From assembly GCA_965153455.1 (NCBI GenBank), contig OZ234493.1, forward strand, positions 13,134,213-13,198,212: a stretch of DNA of 64,000 nucleotides. The letters run 5' to 3'. Position numbers and translations under genes: made by a program. Below the pieces are notes generated by a model. That model saw nothing but the letters and a program-made list of their open reading frames with translations. It was not told the origin of the DNA and did not search any database. Below are positions 49,084 through 62,100 of this stretch, in pieces; position 1 is the stretch's first letter; each line of letters starts with the position of its first letter. Origin of the DNA: Sphagnum compactum. Taxonomy: Eukaryota.

Positions 49084-49223
49084 CAACAACAACAACACAT
49101 CTGACATACCTACACACAAACTGTGAAGAGATGGGTTTCGGGGGTTTAGGGTTTAGGTTAAACCCTAAACCCTAAACCCAACAACAACAACACATCTGAC
49201 ATTACCTGCACACAAACTGTGAA
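49084..49223. repeat. Inverted interstitial telomeric repeat (TTTAGGG/CCCTAAA) between 44-bp direct repeats
   Basis: GGGTTTAGGGTTTAGGTTAAACCCTAAACCCTAAACCC at 49142-49179. It is flanked by CAACAACAACAACACATCTGACAT(T)ACCT(A/G)CACACAAACTGTGAA at 49084-49127 and 49179-49223. Confidence 0.85.
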
Positions 49224-50883
49224 AGTGCAGGAAAGTGCCAGGAAGAGAAAAAAATTTATGCTCTCAAGAGAAAAGGGGTTCAGAGAACTGCATAAGATTT
49301 TATGGGCCAAAGAAGAATTCCTCATAAGTTTGGCCAAGCTGAGGATGGATGATATCTCTTTCTTGATGGATGGATGGATGGATGGATGGATGGATGATGT
49401 CTCTTCTTAATACATCCAGAAATTTTTTTTAAATTTTTTTCCTGGGCATGCAAAACTAAAGAGTTTTCTCTCTCAAGAGGAATTGTAATATGTATGTATT
49501 ATTTTATTTACAAGAACCATGCAAGGTTAAGAAACACTAATGTGTGACAAATAGGGATTTTATGTACAAGGATAGGATAGGGAACAATAGTGTGTGACAA
49601 TAGAGGAATTGCAAAGATACATACCTACTTACTTACTCATCCCATCTACTTACTCATCCCATCGACCTACCTATGTGCTACTACTACCTACTTACATGTA
49701 CCTACCTACCTTTGTTACTTACTTACTATTTCTTACAACTTACCTACCTCCTCAACAACCTATGCACATAAGTACCTTAGTTCATACCTACCAACCTTTT
49801 TACCCTATGTATGCATTCAAAAATGACCATAGTTCTTGAAGGAAAAAAAAAATTCATGAGGAATTGCAAGGAACTAGGATGCAACAAAGACCAACATGCA
49901 TAATCATGTTCCAAGGTGATGGTAGTGATGACCAAGGTTTGGTGTGTTCTTTTCCTTTTTTCTTTTTTCTTTTTTTTTAATTTTAATTTTAATAAATAAA
50001 TTCTAGGGGGTAAATTTCTTGATATTAAAAAATTGCGAATTTTTCTTCAAATTTATTAATATTATTCAAATTATATATATATAATTTTGTTTTTTGTTTT
50101 GCACATTTAATTACTTGATGACAAAAGAAAAATTAATATGACCGATATGAAGGAGTTTTGTGAAAAAATGTGCCAAAGTCACCATATTTAGACAATTAGG
50201 TTGGAGCATATCATCAAAATATAACAAGATTCTTAAATTTTTTAGTTTTTTTTAATAAAAAAATTCCTCTCTCTGACTTGTAACCAAATTTGTCTTATTA
50301 GTAGTATCCTCTTCTTGTGGATGATCCCAAGTAAAAGTGTAGTAGCTACATCAGAAAATTGAGTAAAAAATAATAATTAATAATATAATTAATAATATAA
50401 ATATAATATAAACCCTGGTTGGGACTTGTGAGGTTTGTGGGTCCAATGGAATGGAATGGAATGGTGTTGAGAGACTTGAGAGACTCAATGGAAGGAAGGA
50501 AGTAACTACTCCTATTTTGGTCTGGTCTGGTCTGGTCTGTTTGCAGCTGAATGTGTGCGGCAGGCAACTCATCACTCAGAAGAAACCTCACCATGTCTTC
50601 CAAAATGCTCTCAGAGAATGTCTCAATTTTTACTATTTTGGCATTGTTCAAGCCCCAGCTGCTTTTTTAAATTCTATTTTTAAAAAATTGAAAAAATATA
50701 ATGTGTTATAAAATATTATAATATTAATTTAATTTAATGTTTTTTTGAATTTTTAATTTTTAAAAAAATTCTCATAAGGATCTTATACACTTATTATGAA
50801 GGCTTTTTATGATGTTCGGGGATTTAGGTGCTACAGCAACTGCAAGCCTAAATGATGATTCCTGGCAAACATGGGTATCTCTC

Positions 50884-50914
<31 letters not shown>

Positions 50915-53099
50915 TTTTGTTTGTTTGTTTTGTTTGGAAGGTGCTTTTGTGGATTAGTTGAAAAGCTCTGTCACCCAAGTCAGAAAGGCTCATAAAATAT
51001 TTATTATTATTATTTTTCCTCCCCAACAAGTAGTGTAGTAAGTAGGGCCTAGGCTTAGTAGGAGTTTGTGCCCCCCAACTTACAAGTTGCAGAGAAGCAA
51101 AGCTTTTGCATTGGGAGATATGCATCTCCTCTATGGTTTTGTGAGCCCACAATCCTTCTCTTTCTTACAATATCTTTTGTGTCTTTCCATCCTCTTCTTT
51201 TATTCTCCCAAGAAAACCTCCCCCCCCAACCCCTCCCCTTCCCCCCTCTCAAACAAGTAATGAAAAAAAAAACCATGATAGAGTTTGTTTTGTGTAAAGT
51301 CATCCTGTCTTTGGAGCTTAAATTTGAACTTCTAATGCCTGTTTCATCCCCAATTTGAATATGTAGTTGTAAAATGAGCCAAAAAAAAAAGTTGGGTACT
51401 CCTTTGTCGTGAAACTAGGTATCAGTTCAGTTCTGAAGAAGATTGCAAAATTTTTGTTCTCATAAAGCCCTCCCTCCATTTAATGAAGAATATGAGCAAC
51501 ACCGATATGAAGGAATAAATTAATTTCGAACCTTCTTCATCTTCCCAAACAAGGAATATTCCCCAAAAAGATTCCTCATTGTTTCCCCTTTTTTTTTTTA
51601 AATGCTTTTTGAGAATACAAACTAGTTGTTGGGTGGATGTAGAAAGGAATATTCCAAAAAGATTTCCCGTTGTCCCTTAGAAATATATATATGCTCTTCA
51701 AGAATACAAACTAGGGTTTGGTAGATGTAGACCAATGTGAGCTCCTCCTTCACAGGTATTAGGCCGGTTCTTTGGCGGGTACTCAATCGCGTTTTGAGTT
51801 ATCTAGACCCAAGGTTTTTTAGGATTTTGCTAGATTTGAATCTAAACCGTGTGTTGAAAACTTTTTGAAATTGAAACCCAAACTTAGACTATGGTGTTAA
51901 CCTTTGTTTCTCCAAACTACATAAGTACAAGTTATATATACCTATAAGAAAGACATCATGCCAAGCCTTGGTGGTAATGTGTTGTTACTTCTATTTCTTT
52001 GCAAGGAACCTCACAAAACAATAGTGGAACATTAGACCCAAAAGAAAATTGCAACTCCTTGGTAGATGTACCTTGATGTGAATTACTATTAGTTCAATGA
52101 ACTAGCATCCATGTGGTTGTTGCCAATCCATTCGATTGCCAATTCATTGGTTCTACCCTCTTCCTTGCCCCAAAAAACAAAATCTATGAAAATAATAGAC
52201 TATATATAACAATTAATACACAATTTTCTTTTATTGGGTGCATTGTGCACTAGTTGGACAAAATTAATATTACAAATGATTTTTAATTTTAGTTGGGTGG
52301 AAGGCAGATGGAATGTAACTTGAACTTAAACTAAATACAACTACAAATGTTTTGGGAAATTTCTAGATCGAGAGGTTTCGTACATTCCAAAACAATGTTT
52401 CTTGGAACCACACTAAAGGTTTTATTTAGAAAATCCAAAAATTCAAAACAAAATATTTTCCTCAAATCAAGAATCAAATTACACCAATATCAAAAAAAAA
52501 TTGTGATTTGAACATACCATATAAAATTGGTATTGATTTTTTAAAAAGAGTCACTCCACTTGACACTAGGATTGGATTTTTTTTAAAAATTTATATCAAC
52601 TTAGTCCTAGTATTATGGTCCACGGTTGATTTTGGGTTGGCGTGAGCCATTGATGACACCATCCCAATCCATGTGCTCCAGTCTCATTGGGGTTTAAAGT
52701 TGATTATATATATATAATGCAAATATCCCAAAATAATAATAATAATAATACAAACATTAACAATGGTGTTTGATAACTACATCCAATGATAATATAATGT
52801 CATTTAGTTCATTCACAACCTATATTTGTATTGACCTTGACCAAATTATTTGTATGATAATCTTGCTTTAGTGTGAAAAGTGTTGTATAATTTAGTCTCG
52901 CCTTAGTAGTAATGTACATGATTCACATGCAATTGGAATTGGATGAACATGCATCCATTACAATGCTTATAAAAACCATGTAAAGTTGAATGATATGGGG
53001 ATCAAATGAGGGTGCCAACCCAACGTATATTCCCTATTAGCAATATGCATGACATGGCATTTCCCATTATCACATCAATATAGTAAAAGATCAACTTGC

Positions 53100-53485
53100 A
53101 ACTTATTTACAATTTACATATAAACTTGAAAAACATTGACCAAAAACTCATGAAAACATGTTAACATGTTTAAATGTTTATCTATTTACAACCAAATTAA
53201 AACTAAAGGTAATTTCTGACATGGAACCTTGTCATTGGCAACTATTATACAATTTTTTTGACTTGGCAATATTATTTTTAAATGTTAATGTTTATATTGG
53301 AAAGTTGCAAATTGGTTGCAATTAGCAACTTATTTACAACTTACATCTAGAATCAAATAATGTTGACCAAAAACTCACAAGAATCAAATGACATTGATCA
53401 AAAACACAAAAGAACATACTAACATGTTTGAATATTGACCTTTTTACAACTAGATTAGAACTAAAGGGAAATTTTAACATGGAGT
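53100..53485. repeat. Diverged direct duplication (~130-160 bp)
   Basis: CAACTTATTTACAA.TTACAT...TTGACCAAAAACTCA...AACATGTTT...TTTACAAC.A.ATTA.AACTAAAGG..ACATGGA at ~53100 and ~53327. Confidence 0.7.
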
Positions 53486-54169
53486 TAACTTGGACTAAAG
53501 TATCGACATACATTGCATGTCAATGTCACGCTAGGTCTTTTGGGCATGGAATTGCATGGTGGTGAAGTCTTCACAGACAAGATTTTTCCTAGTGGAAGTA
53601 AATATATTCTTGGCATTGATATTAATACAACCTTGGTATGAAGTTGGTATTATTTCATGTCCTTACCAAGTAAATGACAGTATGAGGTTAATATTGCCTC
53701 AAGTCATACCAATTTCATTAGTTCAAATTAATGTTAGGACTAATATTAATCTATATACTCATGTTTTAGCCTAGCATTTGCCCAACATTAATCAAAACCC
53801 ATTGTCATTTCATATGAAGATTAGACTTCATCCATAGTACAATGTATAAGTCGTTTTATTACTACCAGCATATTATTCAAAAGAGAACCCAAAACTAAAG
53901 ATGAAATTCCCCTTAAAACCAATATAATTGAAAATATTAATTTTGAATCCTATTTTTTCTTAATGTGTATTATTAGTACATCTTGACTTCTCAATTCTTG
54001 CCCAATTTGGGATACTTTCCAAATTATTATAATAATTTGACAATAATTTATAATCACATCTTTCAACTAATACCATGAAATGTCATTTTTTAGATAAATT
54101 ATATATCTTCATATAATCATTGGTTACAATTTCACCAAATTGATGCAAATAGGTTATTTCATTTTTATA

Positions 54170-57100
54170 AGTGTTTCAAAACCCAACACTCCCAAGTGGA
54201 TTCTCATTTAGGGAGTGGAAAACCATGAGTCACACAAATGTTTTTAAATCAAATGTTGGGGCCCAAATCTTATCCAAATTGGGTCTTCTTTAGACCATTG
54301 GAATTTCCTTAAAATTATTATAATAAAATGGGGTTGCATCCCCCCAAAAAAATTATGTAATAATAGTTACAACCATTTGAAAGATGATAATCAAACTACC
54401 AAAATGACTCCCAACCATTCAAATAATCATATCCATTATTTATTAAGGATCTTCATATGTTGTTGGAATTATTTTTTTAGGCAATACAAGTTTTATTCAA
54501 AGATCTTTCAATTTGAACATGACATTCAACAATTATGAACTCCTAAACTTGTGGGATTCATCATTTGCCACTTTTGAAAAAATTTAATTCATGAATATAT
54601 ATATATTTGGATGTAGTCCCTATGAAGAATTGTAAAATATATTATAAGAAGGAAGAAGGAATAAGCTCCACTTGTAAAGTTCATTTGAATCCCATATGCC
54701 ATCTCCCACACCTTTTTTCTCTAAAAGATGGTTAATCCATAATGAAGATGAATGTTTACATTCATCCCTATGTTTGCTTTTAGGTTTACTAGTACAACAT
54801 TCATTTTGCATTTAAATTCATAGGTTTTACTTGCATGTGTACATGGGAAAAAACATTTAATTACCATCCCAAGTGCCAACTTTAGGCTCTAGGCTCATGC
54901 TTTAGGTTCATGCGGTAGCTTGCCTCAAGGTATCTCAACTTGATGACCTCATTTCCTAAGGGACTTTAAGATTTCTTGCAACTTACACATTTATTTATTA
55001 ATGCTTCTTTTCTCACTATTCACAAAACATAAGACTAAACTTAAGTGGTCCTAGGTTTAGGTGTAAATTTCATTTTCATCATGTTTCTTTCCCTTTCAAT
55101 GAAATATGATCATGGGTGGAAAAAATCATTGTTAATTTTAATCAAACTTTAAGCTCTTAATGCACCCTTAGGTTTGTCAAATGATATTGTTAATAAATAA
55201 CTTCTTCAATTTTCAATTTGTAAAATGAAAACATACGGTGCATACATTCATTTTAATGTATGGATGAAAAGAATTAATTTCATTTAGTACATGTTTTTAA
55301 TAAATAGAACTTCCATCAAAATTATGAATGAATGTTTTATTTTATCATTAAATTCTTATGATAATTTGTTTTTCCATAATTTTGATTAACTAGAGTTTCA
55401 TGAAACACAATATAATTATATATGATATACATTTTCTTGAATAATATAATGTAAATTCCATTATAAATGTATTTCATGGCTATGGTTTAAAATGTCATTA
55501 TTTCAAAAATTGTCTTAATTATATTCCATTACTATGCTAACACACACCCCATAGTCATTGTTGTTTTGTTTTATAATAATAATATTATTATTATTTCAAG
55601 TAAACTAACCCAATGTCATTCATGATAATGGGTTTTGTCCTCCCCCTCCTCTAAAGGTGCCACAACTTCTTTCAAACCTATTTATAATTGTTGTTGGCAA
55701 CAATGGGGTTTCTTTTTTTCATTATTCGTTAAGGGTGCCATGATTTTCTTCAAATTTAACCAATGTTGTTGACAATATTGGATTCTGAATGTTTTAAATA
55801 TTTTTAAACTACGTAATATCATTAGTGATAATGAGTTTTTGAAATAAACTAAAATTTAATTTTAGGCACCTTAATTAGTTTTCTTCAAAGGATCTATTAT
55901 CATAGATGACAATGGGGGTTTTAATAATTATTTATTTTCATAGCACCCAATTTTCCATGAAATAAATATATAATGTTGTTGACAACAATTGGGCCATGGG
56001 GGCTGCGGGGGGGGGAGGGTGACGTTCATTCCATGATAATATTTCTTGAATTTCTTAACATTGTTCATGAAAATGATTTCATAAACAAAAAAATTTAAAT
56101 CATTTTGGTCTTATCATAATATTTTCCCCTATTATCACAATTTCATTATCCATCATTATTAAATGACATCCAAGTTTGAGATATTAATATTTGGACAACA
56201 AATGAGGATGGATATAAATATTTTTTAATTTTTTTATCTTCTAATCATGGATGACAACCCAATGATATATTTATTTAATTCAAGTCATAAATGACATTCA
56301 TTCATATGAAATCATTTGTTTATGGACATATGCATCCATGTAAGTGGATTAAAATCACATTAAACTTTAAGTTCCAAGCTCTAAGCTCTAAGCTCAGGCT
56401 TCACACTCATGCACAAACCATTCATAGATACCTTTAAGTTTGTTAAATGGTATTGTGGATAAAGAAACCTATTGATTCCCAAGTTTATAGTTAAATGCAA
56501 ACTCAAGGTCATGGGAGCTCCAAGATGGAGCAAATGAACACAAAAAGTTGAAGTAAAAAAAATTTGATATACACAATTTTTTTTAAATGACAATTAATGT
56601 AAATTTGGACCAAAATGGTGCACAAATGAAGTCACAAAAAACAAGCATTCACATAACCCACCACGACCCAAACTTGGGAGGATTCAACATTCTCCTCCAT
56701 ATATATGATTTACAAATGAGAACAAAACTACATTGGAAGGACATAAAGTTTCAATTCTCAAGTTATGAATCCCACTATTTTGTGGGCTCATAAATCCTTC
56801 ATATGTACTTTGATTCAAAAACTTTGACAAAGAAAGTTGTAGCCCTTGAAAATAAATTTCAAACAACATATCACAATCCCCGATTGGAGGTGATTTTGAC
56901 CCCTCATTGGGTGTTTTACTAATTGAAAATTGAATTGTTAGTTTGAATTGGAATCATTTAATTGACTATAATTATTGTTTTATCTTTCCAAATTCAAAAT
57001 GTGAGCTCACTTTAAATATTTACTATTGAAAACCTTTATAACAATATAAATAAGTCCCAATTTGGACAAGGTTAAATTGTTCAAACCATGTCCCAAAATT

Positions 57101-57285
57101 GTGAGACACCCCAAGATTTCAAATTTTCATGTGTGGAATCCTCTTGGGAGTCTTGCATTTGCACACACTTCTCTATCACAAGGGGAATGTGTATGGGTGC
57201 ATCCCTTGTTTTAACTTATTCCTAACTCATTTTTCCATTGTCTTCTCCCAACCTTTGTCGCAAGCTCAAGGCTAAGGTTGTGACA
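54170..57285. mobile_element. Two inverted, highly decayed copies of a repeat (probably LTR-retrotransposon LTR remnants) at ~54170-54700 (+) and ~56400-57285 (-)
   Basis: The motifs ACTCCCAAG(T/A)GGATT and CTT(A/G)TCCAAATTGGG(T/A)CTT occur at ~54188/54268 and in reverse complement at ~57150/57060. The second copy ends in ..GGCTAAGGTTGTGACA, which gives a TG start on the minus strand. Boundaries are approximate. Confidence 0.4.
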
Positions 57286-58449
57286 TAAGTGGAACCAATG
57301 AGGTGATTATAAAAAGAAGGCAAACATCATTATTAGTCTTAAGGCAAACAGAGCTTGAGAGAAAAGATACAAAGAAATTTAGACGTTTAAAAAACTTCAA
57401 AAATAAAGTAAATATAAGTTTTTAAAATGACACAAATTTGAAATGCGCAAAGCTCAAATTAATCAAAACCCCAAGCCAATATGTTTTGAGAATTATTAAA
57501 TTGCAAGTTGAAGTTTTGTTGTAACCTCTTCCTTGTCTATAATAACCTATTTTGTTACACTATAACCTTCCATAGATTGTCGTTTGTCATTTTATTTATT
57601 TAGCATTTTGGTTTTGTATCATTTTTCTTTGGGGCTATCAAGGATTATGTTATTTTTAATTTTCAACCTCCAAGTTGAAGTAACTAATTCTCTTCATTTT
57701 TATTTTTTCCAAAACTTTAATTTTCATGGGTGGAGTTTTATTAATTGGTTCAAAGATTTTTGAAAAGGTGGTTTTTTCTTTGTTTATTTGATTTTTTTTA
57801 ATGGTAAGTGTATTAGCACGTATAAACGAGGTCATGATGGTTGTCAAACTTATGACTCCACTTCTAGCATGGCCATTTGCTTTAAAGGCATTTTTTTACT
57901 ACAAATACATTTATGTATTCTTGAGGAGTTTGAGGGTTTTGTGAATTTTGAAGAATTTTTTTATGTTTTATATTTCAAATTGTCTTCAAATTTTATCAAG
58001 CTTTCATTGGCTTTGAATAGGGGCTTCTTTTGCAAAGTAAGGGTTAAAGATGAAAGGTATGACAATATGTACATGCAACATGGGATTATTTAAACTCCCC
58101 CCATTACACTAAAACATGGATTTGGTGATTCTGATAACTTGTGACTATTGTCCTAATGTGGTCATATTTTGTTTCAAGTCATGACCATTTTTTTTACTAT
58201 AATCAAAATTATGACTATAAAACTATAAATATGACTATAAATAATTATGACTGTAAATGCAACTAGTTGACTTGTAGTTGACCTTGTTTATGGGCACCTT
58301 TGTGAAAATTAACAATATATATATGTTATCAATCTATGTGAAGTCCTATATTTTTTTGGATTATTTTCGGTTTAGATGAAGTTTTGGATTTTTTTGGAAT
58401 TATTGGTGCAAATAGGATATGATATTCAAACTTTACCTATTTTGTAAAC

Positions 58450-59135
58450 AAATATAGCCTAATTTAACCAAATGTAGCTAATTTAAACTAATTTAGTCAA
58501 GTTTAGCCTAATTCATTTAAAATTGCCCTAATTTAACATAATTAACCAAATTTAGTTTAATTTAATCTAGTTTAATTTAAGTGGTCTACTTTAATTTAAT
58601 TTAACCTAGTTTTGTTTAATGTAGCCTAGTTTAGCCTAGTTTCACTTAATCTAACCTAATTATCTTAGTTTATATTAGTTTAACTTAATTCATTTAATTT
58701 AACGTAGTTTAAACTAATTTGTTTTGTTTGGTTTAATTTAACATAATTTTAGTTAAATAACTTAGTTCAACTTAAGTAACCTACTTTAATTTAATATAAC
58801 TTAGGTTAACCTAATATCAATTAGTTTAATCTAATTTAACCAAACCAACCTAATTTAACCTAAATAACATAGTTTAACCAAAGTAGCTTAATTTAACATA
58901 ATTTAGTTTAATAAGTAGTCTAGTTTAGTTAAAATAGCCTAATTTAGACTAAATAATCTAATTAAACTTTATTTATTTATTTTAGCCTTAGTAGCCGAAT
59001 GTAGCTCCTTGTCTAAGTTAGTTTAGCTTAATTTAACTTTGTTTAATTTAGTTTACCCTAATTTAACTTAATTTAGCCTAGTTTAACCTAGGGAAACCCA
59101 TGGTCACCTAAGTCAACCTAGGGTAACCTAGGTCA
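58450..59135. repeat. AT-rich degenerate 5/10-bp array (TAATTTAACC / TAGTTTAACC)
   Basis: Dozens of taatttaacc/tagtttagcc-like units, probably a transposon subterminal region. Confidence 0.8.
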
Positions 59136-62100
59136 TATACGTTGACATGAAATGGATAAACATGAGAAAAATAAATTATACTTGTAAAAACATTTAAGGA
59201 AAGAGCCAAAAATATTATTTACTAGTTTTACTACTCAAGGAGTTTTTGAGGTGATTCCTAGTGGTACTACCCAAATATAATTTTACCCATTATAATGAAT
59301 ATAAGATATGGGGATTAATTTTCCAAAATTACTAGTGGGTCCTTGTGTTGTTGGCCCAAGTGTTATCATCTTCAAAATAAACACATATTTCAACACATGG
59401 ATACCTTTCTACCATAACTAAAAATTAAGTATGGAAAGGTTAATTTGAAATACCAATGGAGATGAAACCATGTTAATATCATCAACTCATCCCCCCCCCC
59501 CCCCCCCCCCCCCCCCAAAACTTTGTTTTAATATAAAGGTGTTAGGCACATATGAAAGTCAAGTTCATTTATTTGTATGTGTGTTTAATACTATTTTACA
59601 TTGCTCAAATAAGTTGAATCACCAAATTCATCTAGTTAAAATAAATCACATATGACTAAACCCACCTTGAACCTAATGATTTAGGTCTTATCTTATAATT
59701 AACCAACCTTTTTCATAATAACTTACTTAATTATTGTAAAAATCTAAGCCACGAATTCATTCAAGGATTCATTATATGCTATAATAAGGCAAACTTTTTA
59801 AAATCTTTGCCATTAGTATATGTAGTAGGCTAAATTATTTCAAATTTGTTTGAATGTCTATTAGTGCCATTTGAACCTACCTTTCCAAGCCTAACTAATT
59901 CACTTCTTTCCCCTACCCACCTACATGGATATGAAAAGGCAAATTAACATGTGCCTCGTGTGCCTTTTCATGTCCAAGTTATATATAATAAAATAATTGA
60001 ATAACCTACCTTTTTCAAGTCTATTAGACCCCTTTCCCTATCCATCTACATGGACATGAAAAAACAAAGTTTTTAAATATGACATAAGTAATGACAAACT
60101 ATTTTATATGAAACATAAGCAAAGAAAAAAAAGCGAGGGAGCTAGCGGGATTTTGCTTAGTTTGGAACCTTACCTTTTGGGCAATGACATTATACTTGTT
60201 TTTAGACATAAACTTGTTGAGGAAATTCATTAACTTAAAGTTAGTCAATGAGCCAATAAAAAGAATAACCCCATTCATGGCAATTGTTAATGAAATATAG
60301 GTTGGTAATGTGCCCCAATTTCGATTTGAAAAGGCATGAACCATATCTTAATAATTAATGTGGAGTCATGTTGCAAATTATAGAGCAACTTTTGAAAAGC
60401 ATTTGGCATTGAAAGTTGTTTAAATTTATTATTGTGAACATAAAATAGGCAATGAAAGGAAGGTGGGATCTATATTTAGTTCAATCATGGTTTCTTAGAA
60501 AAAAATTCAACCCTTTAGTATTGTCTAATGTGTATTCAAGGAAATGACAATCTTTTTCAACATTTTCAATCATTTTTCGTTTATGATCAATAAAAATTAA
60601 CCTTGCAAATTTTTTTTTGTATCATAAAATGTTTTCTTGAATTTCAAAAACAATGGGTATTAGAAATGTTATAGTGAAACATCCATAGCCTCCTAAGCAT
60701 AATAATTTATTACTTCATTTTAATACCTTATCTAGTTTGTCATTCAATTTTCAAGTACCAAATGATTTTCTATATTTCAAAACCTACTTTAGCAATAAAA
60801 ATGGTAATTTTTGGAATTTGAAACAATATCATGGACCAAAAGAAAAAAATGACTATCATAATTAATCATTGCACTTAATCTCCATGCAACTATCTTATTA
60901 AAAGAAATGTACTACATGATTTTATCTTCTAACCACAATTCTTGCTTGCAAGTAAAAGAATTTGCACTTTATCCAACAACTTAAGCGAGTAATAATAAAC
61001 ATTGAAACCACACAATTGTCTCATTTCCCAAAATTTTAACATCAATAAGCAAGTGATTTCCTTAATTTTCATGTTTTGAGCAAGTATTTTCTAGTAAATT
61101 TGACGTTTTAGAAACTAATTCCCACCTAACTTGAAAAGGTACTACAACATATATATCATCATCATCTTGTTCCCAAATATTTGGCATAAAAACACTAAAA
61201 TAATTTAAGAGCTTAGGCATAAATGTTTCATTATATTTAGTTCTTTTTGGTGGCAGAGATTCATGTTCCAAAAATAATGAAAAAAAATTTAGATTCAAAA
61301 TGAATCTAAGATATTTTCTTTGGAATATTGTAAAATAATTATGTCATCATTACTCTTGTTGTCATAGTTCATGAATTGTCGAAATATTAATGAAAACATT
61401 CTCTTTATATGGGTTACAATTTGATAAAAAATGATTGTTCCAACATATTCAAAGGTGGATTGGAGATCGTAACTATTTGGGAATAAATTGGAAAAAGATC
61501 CAATGTTGGTTGGATTATACATGATTGTATATTATGTGTATGCGTTGTCGCTAGTATGGACAATGAAATGGATTTCAAAATCATAAAATTGTAATGAATT
61601 TTGATACTTGAGTAGAAGTTATGAATTTGAATCAACTAAAAATTATTAAATGCACATTCTTTCACAATCAAATGCAAACAATTTTTGAGTATACATTCAA
61701 ATGCAATTTTAATGTTCACAATGATTACATTTGTTATGTGTAAATAGTTCCAATGGAATTCTTATCAAGGAAATTTACATATACTAACCATGAAGGTTAA
61801 TGAAGGAGATGATAATATGCAAACCTTCAAACCTTTGCACAATTTAAAACAATTTATTTGAACATGGTATTCCAATGTTGATGTGAATTTAGTTTTGAAA
61901 ACATTAATGCAATATTGTCAATCCACAACTATCATTGTTCATTTGTCAAAATTTTACGATAATAACATTATCTATGAAATAAACCATTCTTTGTCCATAA
62001 GACTTGGTTGTGGAATATCAAATAAATTATTTCTACAATGTTGAATTTACATGGCATTGTGTATGTTTTGGGGGTATACGTTTTGACAAAATGCTTCAAA

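Noticed and set aside
51070..51130. Three tiny adjacent palindromes / possible miRNA hairpin
   Set aside because: Stems are only 6-8 bp, with no extended fold-back and no match to conserved plant miRNAs I recognise.
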